This document shows, piece by piece, positions 23,923 to 32,000 of a DNA stretch of 32,000 nt. The stretch is taken from the NCBI RefSeq assembly GCF_001306055.1, contig NZ_LGHJ01000014.1, positions 1 through 32,000 on the forward strand, read 5' to 3'. This stretch comes from Bellilinea caldifistulae (GTDB lineage: Bacteria; Chloroflexota; Anaerolineae; Anaerolineales; Anaerolineaceae). The notes under the pieces were generated by a model that did no database searches, had not been told where the DNA came from, and was given only the letters and a program-made list of their open reading frames with translations. Numbering within the stretch: position 1 is the stretch's first letter; each line of letters starts with the position of its first letter. Position numbers and translations under genes: made by a program.

Positions 23923-24729
23923 ATGACCGTTGAAGGGGAGATCCTCCTTGAGGCCAGAAGTTTACGGAAAGAATTTGGCGGACTGGTCGCCGTGGATGAT
24001 GTCAACATCCAGATCCGCGAGCGTACCTTGCACTCGATCATTGGGCCGAACGGCGCCGGTAAAACCACGCTGTTTAATCTGCTTAGCGGGATGATGCGTC
24101 CCACCCGCGGGCAGGTATATTATCGCGGACGGGACATTACCAACCTGCCGCCGCATCGGATTGCCCATTTGGGAATTGGACGTTCTTTTCAAATTACCAA
24201 CATCTTCCCGAATCTGACTGTTTTGGAAAATATCCGGCTGGCAGCCCAGGCACTGGGCAAAGATAATTTCCGTTTGTTCCGTCCGGCGGGTAGTTTTCGG
24301 CAATATGAAGAAAAGGCTTATGCTGTCGTCAAGCGGGTTGGCTTGCAAGGACGTGAATTTGACCTTGCCCTCAACCTCCCCCATGGCGATAAACGCAAAC
24401 TGGAATTGGGCATTATGCTGGCAGGCGAGCCGCAATTGCTGCTGCTGGATGAACCCACCGCCGGTATGTCTTCTGAACAGGTGCCGGCTCTGCTGGAAAT
24501 CATTCATTCCATCATGGCGGATGGCGATAAAACCATTGTGCTGGTGGAACACCGTATGGACATGGTGATGAGTATTTCGGATCGGATCACCGTCATGCAT
24601 CAGGGACAGATTCTGGCAGAAGGCACGCCGCAGGAAATTGCCCGCAATCAAACTGTACAGAGCGCTTATCTGGGGGAATTGTACGGGGATTTGGCCGCTG
24701 ATCTGGAGGACAAAGATGGGCAACGATAA
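23923..24729 (+). CDS. ABC transporter ATP-binding protein, LivG-like
   Basis: Walker A is GPNGAGKTT. The signature region is PHGDKRKLELG. Walker B is LLLLDEPTAG. The Liv-type N-terminal block is LEARSLRKEFGGLVAVDDV. Confidence 0.9.
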   Translation: MTVEGEILLEARSLRKEFGGLVAVDDVNIQIRERTLHSIIGPNGAGKTTLFNLLSGMMRPTRGQVYYRGRDITNLPPHRIAHLGIGRSFQITNIFPNLTVLENIRLAAQALGKDNFRLFRPAGSFRQYEEKAYAVVKRVGLQGREFDLALNLPHGDKRKLELGIMLAGEPQLLLLDEPTAGMSSEQVPALLEIIHSIMADGDKTIVLVEHRMDMVMSISDRITVMHQGQILAEGTPQEIARNQTVQSAYLGELYGDLAADLEDKDGQR

Positions 24730-25447
24730 TATCCTCGAAGTTGAATCCATCCACACCTTCATCGGTCAGTTTCATATTTTGGAGGGGGTCTCTTTGCAGG
24801 TGCCGCGCAGCAGCATTACCGTTTTGCTGGGCCGCAACGGCGCCGGTAAGACGACCACGCTCAAATCCATTTTGGGCCTGACCCCGCCGAGACACGGCGT
24901 AGTACGTTTTGATGGGCAGGAGATTCAGGGCAAACCTGCTTACGAAATTGCTGCCATGGGAATCGGCTATGTGCCGGAGCATCGCGCTATCTTCCGCAAT
25001 TTGAGCGTTGCCGAAAACTTGAAGATCGCCGAGCGGAAAAAGGGCGATCTTGACCGGAAGGCCGACTTCATCTTCAGCCTGTTCCCCGACCTGAAACGCC
25101 TTTACCGCTTGCCGGGCAATCACCTTTCGGGCGGCCAGCAGCAAATGCTGGCGGTGGCGCGGGCACTGGTTGCCGATAATCAATTGCTGCTGATTGATGA
25201 ACCCAGTGAAGGGCTGGCACCGATCCTGATCGAACAAATGATGGAGACAATCCGTAATTTGAGCGCGACAACGACTGTACTGCTGGTGGAACAGAACTTT
25301 ATCATGGCCAGTCAGTTGGCAGAAAATTATTATATTCTGGACGATGGGAAAACCGTGCATCAGGGGAAGATGGCTGATCTGGTGCAGGACAAGGAATTAA
25401 TACACCGCATGTTGGGAACGGCCGTGCGCAGCGGAGGTGCGGGATGA
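24716..25447 (+). CDS. ABC transporter ATP-binding protein, LivF-like
   Basis: Walker A is GRNGAGKTT, the signature is LSGGQQQMLAVARAL and Walker B is LLLIDEPSEG. ATG 24716 overlaps the upstream stop by 14 nt. Confidence 0.9.
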   Translation: MGNDNILEVESIHTFIGQFHILEGVSLQVPRSSITVLLGRNGAGKTTTLKSILGLTPPRHGVVRFDGQEIQGKPAYEIAAMGIGYVPEHRAIFRNLSVAENLKIAERKKGDLDRKADFIFSLFPDLKRLYRLPGNHLSGGQQQMLAVARALVADNQLLLIDEPSEGLAPILIEQMMETIRNLSATTTVLLVEQNFIMASQLAENYYILDDGKTVHQGKMADLVQDKELIHRMLGTAVRSGGAG

Positions 25448-26922
25448 TGCGGAATAATTTCTTCCGGGATAATGCTGCTCTGCTGGGTGTGGTGGTGATT
25501 CTCGCCGTGCTGGGAGTGGTGGGGTACACCAGCATGGGGCAGACCGCCTTTGTCCGCACGACGCTTTCTGGTTTAACGCTTGGCGCCTTGTTTTTCATGG
25601 TGGCTGCTGGCCTGACGCTGATTTTTGGACTGATGGATGTGCTGAACTTTGCGCATGGCGCCATGTTCATGCTGGGGGCTTATCTGGGCTGGCAGTTCTT
25701 TACCAACCCCACCTTTTTATTTGGGCTGGCGCCGCTGATTCTGGCGCTGCTGGCGCCCCTGTTTGGCTGGTTGTTTGCCAGGCTGGAAATACCGGAAGCG
25801 CTCCAAAAATCGGCACCGAGTCTCTTGGGCCTGGCCGGTGTGGTGGTTGTATTTCTGGCTGTTCGCGGGCTGGATATCCTCGATCTGGCTAAGACGGCTA
25901 TGGTGGCGACCATGACAGCCGCTGACCCGTTGGCCGAGGCGACCCCGCAGGAAGCCTTGAGCATTTTCTGGTTGAGGACTGCCGGAATGTTCATCGCCGG
26001 GGCCCTGCTGGCAATGGCAACTTCCCGGCCGGGGGACAAAACCCGCACCGTTCACACCGATCAGGTGCGGCGAGCTTTGATTGGCGCGGGCGTATTGCTC
26101 GTTTTCACCATTGTGGCAACGCTTTTTCGCGAGGCTGCACCCCGCGCGGTTTTGCTGTGGGATGCCAACTTGCGCTTCTTTGCGGCGCTGCTGGTTGGGG
26201 CATTGCTGGGGGCGGGGATCGGTGGCGCCATTGAAGTGACTCTGATTCGTCCTCTGTACGTGCGCCCGATTTATCAGGTGATTGTCACGCTTGGGTTGGC
26301 CTATGTCCTGCGCGAGGTGATTCAACTGCTCTGGCAGCCGCTGGCTTATCAAATGAGCCGACCGCCGCTCTTTTCGCAGCCCGGTAAAGCCGAAAATATC
26401 TTTGAGTGGTTTCGCACCAACTCGGTTACCGTGGATGTGCTGGGCGTGACTTTTCCCAGTTATCGGCTGTTCATCATCCTGCTGGGGGTGTTGATGCTGG
26501 TGGCGCTGGCCCTGTTGATGAACTACACCCGCCTGGGTATGATCATCCGGGCGGGGGTGCAGGATCGTCAAATGGTCGAAGCGCTGGGAATTAATGTCCA
26601 GCGGGTGTTCACGCTGGTATTCATGTTGGGGGCTGGTCTGGCGGCACTCGGCGGCATTGGTGCAGCGCCCTTCATCCCGGTGCAGCCGAATATGGGAGAT
26701 GCCTTCCAGTTACAGGCCTTTATTGTGGTGGTGATCGGTGGGATGGGCAGTTACGGCGGTGCAGCCATTGGGGCGTTGTTATTGGGACTGGCGCGGGCGT
26801 TTGGGGACTATCTGGCGCTCAAATACAGTCTTTCTCCGGCAATTGCGGAAGCCTCGACGGTGATCATCATGGCGATTGTGCTGTTGGTGCGGCCGGCGGG
26901 CCTGTTCGGGAGAAAGGAGTGA
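25444..26922 (+). CDS. ABC transporter permease, LivH-like, with a large internal hydrophobic insertion (492 aa)
   Basis: LivH blocks are LIFGLMDVLNFAHGAMFMLGAY near the N-terminus and RLGMIIRAGVQDRQMVEALGINV...IGGMGSYGGAAIGALLLG in the C-terminal part. The ATGA start/stop overlaps livF-like. Relative to E. coli LivH, an extra ~150 aa lie between these blocks. Confidence 0.85.
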   Translation: MMRNNFFRDNAALLGVVVILAVLGVVGYTSMGQTAFVRTTLSGLTLGALFFMVAAGLTLIFGLMDVLNFAHGAMFMLGAYLGWQFFTNPTFLFGLAPLILALLAPLFGWLFARLEIPEALQKSAPSLLGLAGVVVVFLAVRGLDILDLAKTAMVATMTAADPLAEATPQEALSIFWLRTAGMFIAGALLAMATSRPGDKTRTVHTDQVRRALIGAGVLLVFTIVATLFREAAPRAVLLWDANLRFFAALLVGALLGAGIGGAIEVTLIRPLYVRPIYQVIVTLGLAYVLREVIQLLWQPLAYQMSRPPLFSQPGKAENIFEWFRTNSVTVDVLGVTFPSYRLFIILLGVLMLVALALLMNYTRLGMIIRAGVQDRQMVEALGINVQRVFTLVFMLGAGLAALGGIGAAPFIPVQPNMGDAFQLQAFIVVVIGGMGSYGGAAIGALLLGLARAFGDYLALKYSLSPAIAEASTVIIMAIVLLVRPAGLFGRKE

Positions 26923-26925
26923 TCC

Positions 26926-28047
26926 ATGGCAACCACCAAAACCGAAACCCAGAACCTCTCTCTCAAACGCGAATCTCCGCTCAACCGCTTGCGAAAGGAA
27001 TGGGCCGGCGTGTTAATTTTGCTGCTGCTGGCAGCTTTCCCATTTTTGTTCGCGTGGTTCAGCGGCACATCCGTTACCGACGGCCCCAGTCGCTTCTGGC
27101 AGGGGCTGATGATCACTTTCTTCATTATGGCGGTGTACGCCATGAGCTACGATTTGTTGATCGGCTACACCGGCATCCTCTCCTTCGGTCACGCCGCCTT
27201 TTTTGGCGGAGGCGCTTACACGATGGCGTTGTGGCTGACCCACGCTGTACCGGTCATTTCCAGCCGTTACCGCATCACCCTTCCGGGTGGGGCAAATATT
27301 ACCGAGGTGGTGCTTTTTGTGGCGGGTATTCTACTGGTAGTGCTGGTGGTGACTCTGCTGGGGCTGTTGTTCAGCGCAGCCTCGGCCCGTGTGCGGGGGG
27401 TTTACTTTGCCATGATCTCCCTGGCCATGGCGGAGGCGCTCCACATTCTTTCCAAGGCAACCGATTTTGTGCGCTGGACGGGTGCGGACGAGGGTCTGCA
27501 TGGTGTTCCTGTGCCAGCGTGGATTAACCCCACCCAAAACCGGTTGCTGTTTTATTTTGTAGCATTGGCGTTTGCCTTGATCATGTATCTGCTGGTGCGT
27601 CGGATTGTCGATTCGCCAGCCGGGCGGGTGTTTGTTGCCATTCGTGAGAACGAATCGCGTGTCCGAATGATAGGCTATAATCCGGTGGTTTTTCGCTCCA
27701 TTGCCTTTGTGACGGCAGCCGTCATCGCCGGGCTGGCGGGGGCGCTGTTTTCTTTGTGGAATATGTCGGCTACCCCGACCATGACCGGAGCGATTATGAC
27801 CATCAACGCCCTGATCATGACCATTCTTGGCGGTATCGGTACGCTGGTTGGGCCGATCCTTGGCGCGGGCTTGATGCAAATTGTCGGGCAGTTCTTCTAT
27901 CAGTGGTTTGGTCCGCGCTGGCCGCTGGTGTTTGGCCTGATTTTCATTGCGCTGGTCATTTTCCTGCCGTATGGCGTGATCGGCACATGGCGGCAGAAGC
28001 GATATGCATGGAAGCGCGCCATCCAAAAAATGTTTGGTAAAGGCTGA
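26926..28047 (+). CDS. ABC transporter permease, LivM-like
   Basis: LivM blocks are YDLLIGYTGILSFGHAAFFGGGAY, VAIRENESRVRMIGYN and ILGGIGTLVGPILGA. The SD AAGGAG is at 26914-26919. Confidence 0.85.
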   Translation: MATTKTETQNLSLKRESPLNRLRKEWAGVLILLLLAAFPFLFAWFSGTSVTDGPSRFWQGLMITFFIMAVYAMSYDLLIGYTGILSFGHAAFFGGGAYTMALWLTHAVPVISSRYRITLPGGANITEVVLFVAGILLVVLVVTLLGLLFSAASARVRGVYFAMISLAMAEALHILSKATDFVRWTGADEGLHGVPVPAWINPTQNRLLFYFVALAFALIMYLLVRRIVDSPAGRVFVAIRENESRVRMIGYNPVVFRSIAFVTAAVIAGLAGALFSLWNMSATPTMTGAIMTINALIMTILGGIGTLVGPILGAGLMQIVGQFFYQWFGPRWPLVFGLIFIALVIFLPYGVIGTWRQKRYAWKRAIQKMFGKG

Positions 28048-28071
28048 AGCGCTGGAAACGATCAACCCACT

Positions 28072-28103
28072 CTCTCCCCTTGCCGTTCAGGGCAGGGGGA
28101 GAG
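28072..28103. terminator. GC-rich hairpin between the convergent livM-like and hydrolase genes (probable bidirectional terminator)
   Basis: 28072-28084 (CTCTCCCCTTGCC) pairs with 28091-28103 (GGCAGGGGGAGAG), giving 13 bp with one G-U and a 6-nt loop. An outer ATCAAC/GTTGAT pairing is possible (28061-28066 with 28103-28108). The T-rich TTGATTGGTTATT follows on the plus strand. Confidence 0.55.
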
Positions 28104-28111
28104 TTGATTGG

Positions 28112-29197
28112 TTATTCGGGTAATCCTGGACTGGGTTGAGCCTGCTCGATTAATGCCGGGGTGTCTGCGGAGGCAAAGCTTGAATTTTCCAACGCGTCCA
28201 GCCGGTTGAGCAAGAAGTCAGCCACTCGTTCGCCAATCGGGCGGGCGTAAAAGGCCACACTGGCATGCCCGCAGGGAAACCATAACAGGCGGGGTTTTTG
28301 CCAGGCCTGCCACAATTTTCGCACATTTTTCGGGGTGATGATCGGGTCATGTTCACCGCCGACCAGTAATATGGCTTCGCGCGGCAGGGCTGGTTTGAAG
28401 TTGCCCGGCGCGAGCATATACCACCACTTTTCGAGATCCGCCGGGTACACCCCGGCTTCTTGCAGTTCTTTACGGATCAGCCGGAAGGAAAACCCGGCAA
28501 AGATGATGTTCGCCAGCGAAGCCCCGCCTAGCAGGGAAATCAGCCCAAAGGGGCGGTCATCTACCACACCAGCCATTAAGGAGGTGAATGCCCCCAGACT
28601 AAGACCGCCAATAGCCACCGGCTTTTTCTGCACCTGAGTAATCCAGGTGATCATTGCGCGCAGGTCTAACACTCCCTGGCGGAAGGATTGCACCGTGCGC
28701 TGGACATCCGCGCTTAGCCCATACTGGCCGCTCCAGCTGCCCCGCGGGGCGCGCTGCATGTGATAGGGCAGGGCGAGGTAGTAAACATCCATTCCGGCGC
28801 GGGCTGCTGGTTCGGCAAACCATTTGAGCGGTGCAAAGGTGTTCATCTGGTAGCCGTGCAGTAAAATCAGGGCTGCGCTGGATTCCCCCTCGCTTTGCAG
28901 GTCGGCCATACCGTGGACAATGTTGTTTTCCGGATGTGGGGATTGGAAGAAACTGGGAAAACGAAAGCGGGCGTGGGTTCTCCCGTCCAGCCAGCGGTGA
29001 ACCGAGTCGAATTCAATCTCGGGTGGAGTTGGCGGAATCGAATAAAATACGGATGGGTCTTGGGGTTCGGTCGGGCTGATTTCCCAAACATTGCTGTGGA
29101 ATTGGGGACTGGCAGCCAGCAGGCGCAGCGAACCAAGCGTGACCTCGATGAAATTATCAATCAAATGGGCAAACGTGCGGTTCAAAAGGAATTCCAA
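28112..29197 (-). CDS. Alpha/beta-fold hydrolase of unknown specificity
   Basis: The oxyanion region is ALILLHGYQ. The nucleophile elbow is GGLSLGAF. Candidate Asp and His are in VGGEHDPII and FPCGHAS. The track start at 29197 is a TTG with no clear SD, so the start is uncertain. Confidence 0.7.
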   Translation of the reverse strand: MEFLLNRTFAHLIDNFIEVTLGSLRLLAASPQFHSNVWEISPTEPQDPSVFYSIPPTPPEIEFDSVHRWLDGRTHARFRFPSFFQSPHPENNIVHGMADLQSEGESSAALILLHGYQMNTFAPLKWFAEPAARAGMDVYYLALPYHMQRAPRGSWSGQYGLSADVQRTVQSFRQGVLDLRAMITWITQVQKKPVAIGGLSLGAFTSLMAGVVDDRPFGLISLLGGASLANIIFAGFSFRLIRKELQEAGVYPADLEKWWYMLAPGNFKPALPREAILLVGGEHDPIITPKNVRKLWQAWQKPRLLWFPCGHASVAFYARPIGERVADFLLNRLDALENSSFASADTPALIEQAQPSPGLPE

Positions 29198-29352
29198 TCT
29201 AAATCGGGTATGATCGGTTTGAGTATATCCTGTTTTTCAGCGGAATGGAATTATTGACCCTTTAAACCCTTTTGTTCCAGAGCGTTTCAAACGGCGTGAA
29301 AGTTGCACCGCAGGCATTCACAGAAAAAATGGAAGCACACAAGGAAAGCGTG

Positions 29353-31257
29353 ATGAAATACATCCGGATCATCTGGCTGGGATTGGTCATCGGTTTGGTG
29401 GGGCTGCTATATATTAAACCGACACTGGCACAAAGCGGCGGCGGAGAGACCAGCCGCCTGTTCCTGCCTTTAATCAGCCGGATGAGCGAACCGGTCTGGC
29501 TTGGGCCGGAAAGCGCCGATGTGGTCAGTATTGCCTATGACCGGCGGGTGGAGGATCGTGTCTATCTCGGCACGTGGGGGGCGGGTGTTTTCGTCAGCGA
29601 GGATGGGGGCATTCGCTGGAAACGGCAAAGCAGTGGCCTGGATAATTTGTACATTCAGCGTCTGGCGGTTGATCCGCTGCAAGCAGGAGTAGTTTACGCC
29701 GGCACTTATGGAAGCGGTATTTACAAGACGAACGATGGCGGCTGGAACTGGTATCCGGTCAATCAGGGGGTGATGAACGGGGCAATTGTCTATGGTTTGA
29801 CGGTTGACCCGCAACAACCCCAGCGAGTATATGCTTCGGCGCGGGTGGCGAACCGGAACGAAGAGCCATGGGGCGGGGTGGTTTACCGCAGTCTGGATGG
29901 CGGCCTGACCTGGCAGGCGGTGTTGCAAAACATTGGCGGAAGTAATGTTCAGGATTGGGTGTACTCCCTGGCGGTTGACCCGCAGAATCCTCAACGGGTG
30001 CTGGCAGCCAGTCATGAGCATGGGATTTACCGAAGCCAGGATTATGGCACTACCTGGCAGGCAGCCAATTCGGGAATCAGCGACCTTTCCGGGCGGGCAG
30101 TGGTTTTTGACCCGCGCGGCCGGATTGCTTATCTGGGGGTGTGGCATCGCACCGGCGAGTTCAAAACGCTCAACGGTGGGGATGGCTGGATCTTACAATC
30201 CAACGGCCTGACGGGTTCAAAAATTTACGATCTGGTGGTCAACCCCCATAACCCCGAGCAATTGCTGGCGGCTACCTTCATGATGAATTTTTCGGATACC
30301 GAGCGCGGGGTGGCGCGCAGTGACAACGGCGGCGAGCTGTGGGTCAAATCCGGCTTACAGCCGTATTTTATCTACACGGTGGCGGTCAATCCGTTCAACG
30401 GCAATGAGATGCTGGCCGGTACGGTGGATTACGGTGTTTTCCGCTCGACGGACGGCGGTAAAAACTGGATTGCCCGCAATGAGGGTTTAATCAACGCAAC
30501 CGTCACGCATCTGACTTTCGATCCGAATTTACCGCAGGTCTGGTATGCTGCCGTGCAGGGACGGGGGGTGTGGCGTTCGCCGGATGGCGGAAACCACTGG
30601 CAACCGTTCGGCGAGGGGCTGGAAACCACGAGCGTTTACAGCCTTGCCTGGGAGGGACAAGACTCCCGGCGTATTCTTGCCCTCACGCCGGCTGGCTGGA
30701 TGGCAGCGGATAGTGACGGAGAAGGGACATGGGAAGCGGTTGAGCCGACTCAAATAGCGGTGGATGAGATGACTTACCGGTCTTTTACGGACTGGCAGGA
30801 GTACCAACCGCCAAAGCCGGGGTTTGAATTTGAGGTGCACCCCAGCCGGTCGGTTCAACCTGTCCTGAACGGAATGTCCCTTCCTGGTAACGGTGTCATG
30901 AGTGACGCATTGCCGGTTGATGTGAGGATTTACACTTTGCTTCAAGCCCCGTTAGAAGGCTGGCTGGCTGGGACGAGCGATGGGATTTATCAACGAGAGA
31001 GCGGGGCTGCCTGGCAACCAGTCGGTTTGCAGGGGCAGACGGTGGTGGGGCTGGCGATTGATCCGCTTCGCAGAGATTGGATTGTGGCTGTTACCCCATC
31101 CCAAATCTGGTTGAGCCGGGATGCTGGACGTACCTGGCAGATGCAGGATGCCGGCATGCCCCTGGACGGCATTCAAGGGGTCTGGTTTAACCCGCAGGGA
31201 CGTTTGTTGGTCAGTCTTGTTCACCGCGGGCTGCTTTGCCTTGACCGGCCATGGTGA
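29353..31257 (+). CDS. Secreted or membrane-anchored BNR/Asp-box repeat (beta-propeller) protein
   Basis: The signal or anchor is MKYIRIIWLGLVIGLVGLLYIKPTLAQ. There are nine Asp-box-like S-x-D-x-G-x-x-W motifs: SEDGGIRW, TNDGGWNW, SLDGGLTW, SQDYGTTW, TLNGGDGW, SDNGGELW, STDGGKNW, SPDGGNHW and SRDAGRTW. The SD AAGGAAAG lies before ATG 29353. ATG 29329 is an alternative start. Confidence 0.8.
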   Translation: MKYIRIIWLGLVIGLVGLLYIKPTLAQSGGGETSRLFLPLISRMSEPVWLGPESADVVSIAYDRRVEDRVYLGTWGAGVFVSEDGGIRWKRQSSGLDNLYIQRLAVDPLQAGVVYAGTYGSGIYKTNDGGWNWYPVNQGVMNGAIVYGLTVDPQQPQRVYASARVANRNEEPWGGVVYRSLDGGLTWQAVLQNIGGSNVQDWVYSLAVDPQNPQRVLAASHEHGIYRSQDYGTTWQAANSGISDLSGRAVVFDPRGRIAYLGVWHRTGEFKTLNGGDGWILQSNGLTGSKIYDLVVNPHNPEQLLAATFMMNFSDTERGVARSDNGGELWVKSGLQPYFIYTVAVNPFNGNEMLAGTVDYGVFRSTDGGKNWIARNEGLINATVTHLTFDPNLPQVWYAAVQGRGVWRSPDGGNHWQPFGEGLETTSVYSLAWEGQDSRRILALTPAGWMAADSDGEGTWEAVEPTQIAVDEMTYRSFTDWQEYQPPKPGFEFEVHPSRSVQPVLNGMSLPGNGVMSDALPVDVRIYTLLQAPLEGWLAGTSDGIYQRESGAAWQPVGLQGQTVVGLAIDPLRRDWIVAVTPSQIWLSRDAGRTWQMQDAGMPLDGIQGVWFNPQGRLLVSLVHRGLLCLDRPW

Positions 31258-31270
31258 CCGCTGCGATACG

Positions 31271-31675
31271 TTATTTGCGCATACGCTGGATTTTTTCTGC
31301 CAGTCGTTCGTCGAACCGGCTGCGATCCATCAGAAAGCGCTCGTGTTCACCTTCGGCGATCTTCTCGATTTCATCCCACGCCTCAACCTTGAAACGCAAC
31401 CGGCGGCCGTCCACTTCCATTAACTCGGCGCAGAATCGCACCTGCATGCCGACCGGTGTGGCGGCCAGATGGCGGATGTTGATGCACGTCCCTACGCTGC
31501 CTTGATTTTCTTTGAGGTAAGGCAGAAGAGATTGATGGGCGGTGCGTTCCAGATAACCGACCAGTCGCGGAGTGCTCAAAACGGGGGGAAAGCCCTCGCC
31601 GGCAGAAAAACGAGCGGTATCGCTTTCCTGAACGGTGATGGTCAATTCAGCCTTCAAGCCGGGTTGTATACTCAT
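31271..31675 (-). CDS. Hotdog-fold thioesterase (FlK-like family)
   Basis: The 134-aa protein has VLSTPRLVGYLERTAH, GSVGTCINIRHLAATPVGMQVRF, VDGRRLRFKVEAWDE and AEGEHERFLMD, which match the pattern of this thioesterase family. The SD GAGGAG lies 9 nt upstream. Confidence 0.8.
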   Translation of the reverse strand: MSIQPGLKAELTITVQESDTARFSAGEGFPPVLSTPRLVGYLERTAHQSLLPYLKENQGSVGTCINIRHLAATPVGMQVRFCAELMEVDGRRLRFKVEAWDEIEKIAEGEHERFLMDRSRFDERLAEKIQRMRK

Positions 31676-31873
31676 GATTGGCTACTCCTCATCGTTTATT
31701 TTGTGCAGGTGAGATCACTGGCTTTATTTTACCGGAATCCGATTGTGCGCGGGATTTTGGCGCTAAAAAAGTCGGAATCACAAAAGTTTTACAAAGTCAT
31801 AACACAGCCAGACTTTGAAAGGTTTATAATAAATTCAGGTACGTAAAATCCGATTCACAAAGGAGAGGAAAAA

Positions 31874-32000
31874 ATGCTCAGCAAACGTTTACTTGACGAA
31901 ATGAACACGCAGATCAAGCTGGAGCTGTACTCCGGCTATCTGTACCTGGCAATGTCGGCTCACTTTGACGAGGCCAATTGGGGCGGTTTTGCCAAATGGC
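31874..32000 (+). CDS. Ferritin-like iron storage protein (5' partial; runs off the window end)
   Basis: MLSKRLLDEMNTQIKLELYSGYLYLAMSAHF matches the ferritin N-terminal helix pattern (N-x-Q-x-x-x-E-L-Y-S-x-x-x-Y-x-x-M-S-A). The SD AAAGGAGAGG lies upstream. Only 42 codons are visible. Confidence 0.75.
   Translation, partial: MLSKRLLDEMNTQIKLELYSGYLYLAMSAHFDEANWGGFAKW

Noticed and set aside
5419-30147. Many long antisense or shadow ORFs in the track. Examples are 5419..6096+, 11710..12495+, 12507..13373-, 15877..16467-, 16551..17129-, 23962..24762-, 24593..25360-, 25717..26571-, 27331..28065- and 29470..30147-.
   Set aside because: Each lies entirely opposite a gene with strong family motifs. 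Their translations are Arg/Gln/Pro/His-rich low-complexity sequence, typical of antisense frames in GC-rich DNA. None has an SD or a recognisable domain.
1-32000. A scan by eye for tRNA/rRNA genes, CRISPR arrays, IS elements or transposases, integrases and toxin-antitoxin pairs.
   Set aside because: All intergenic gaps are shorter than about 200 bp. None shows cloverleaf-compatible structure, spaced direct repeats or terminal inverted repeats. No ORF has transposase, integrase or toxin motifs. A proper tRNAscan, Infernal and ISfinder search would be needed for certainty.

Overview
This is a moderately GC-rich bacterial chromosomal segment. The gene content and a Pro/Thr-rich lipoprotein linker suggest a Chloroflexota-like monoderm, but that is inference only. 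I call about 27 protein-coding genes and see no rRNA, tRNA, CRISPR array, IS element or prophage signature. Layout: (1) 219-1221 (+), an ECF-type sigma factor and a small zinc anti-sigma-like protein. (2) 8999-1295 (-), a long co-directional block of dnaG, rpoD, a receiver-sensor-HAMP class III nucleotidyl cyclase, a small membrane ORF and a PlsY-DegV fusion. (3) 9144-9284 (+), an orphan Flp-type pilin. (4) 12444-9439 (-), a fused alpha-beta glycyl-tRNA synthetase. (5) 12543-15755 (+), a large MalT-type STAND ATPase whose C-terminal output is a SARP-type winged helix plus BTAD domain. (6) 15871-22323 (+), a seven-gene operon directly downstream of that regulator and fronted by two 11-bp-phased TGTAACC heptads. 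It encodes an SDR, a KAS III-fold protein with a degenerate catalytic triad, a CoA-transferase, an alpha/beta hydrolase, an SCP-x-type thiolase, a DUF35 protein and a degenerate MaoC-like hotdog protein. (7) 22402-28047 (+), a Liv-type five-gene ABC importer. (8) 28112-32000, an alpha/beta hydrolase, a secreted BNR/Asp-box repeat protein, a hotdog thioesterase and a partial ferritin gene. The best candidate for an undescribed system is the regulator-operon-transporter unit at 12543-28047. Its KAS III-like + thiolase + DUF35 triad resembles the PhlA/PhlC/PhlB complex and the archaeal thiolase/HMG-CoA synthase/DUF35 complex, but in a different enzymatic context. Other notable items are the PlsY-DegV fusion, a pseudo-receiver cyclase co-transcribed with rpoD, and a recurrent arrangement in which a -10 box abuts the ATG, suggesting leaderless mRNAs for regulatory and information genes. 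All calls rest on reading the sequence and remembered family motifs. No searches were run.
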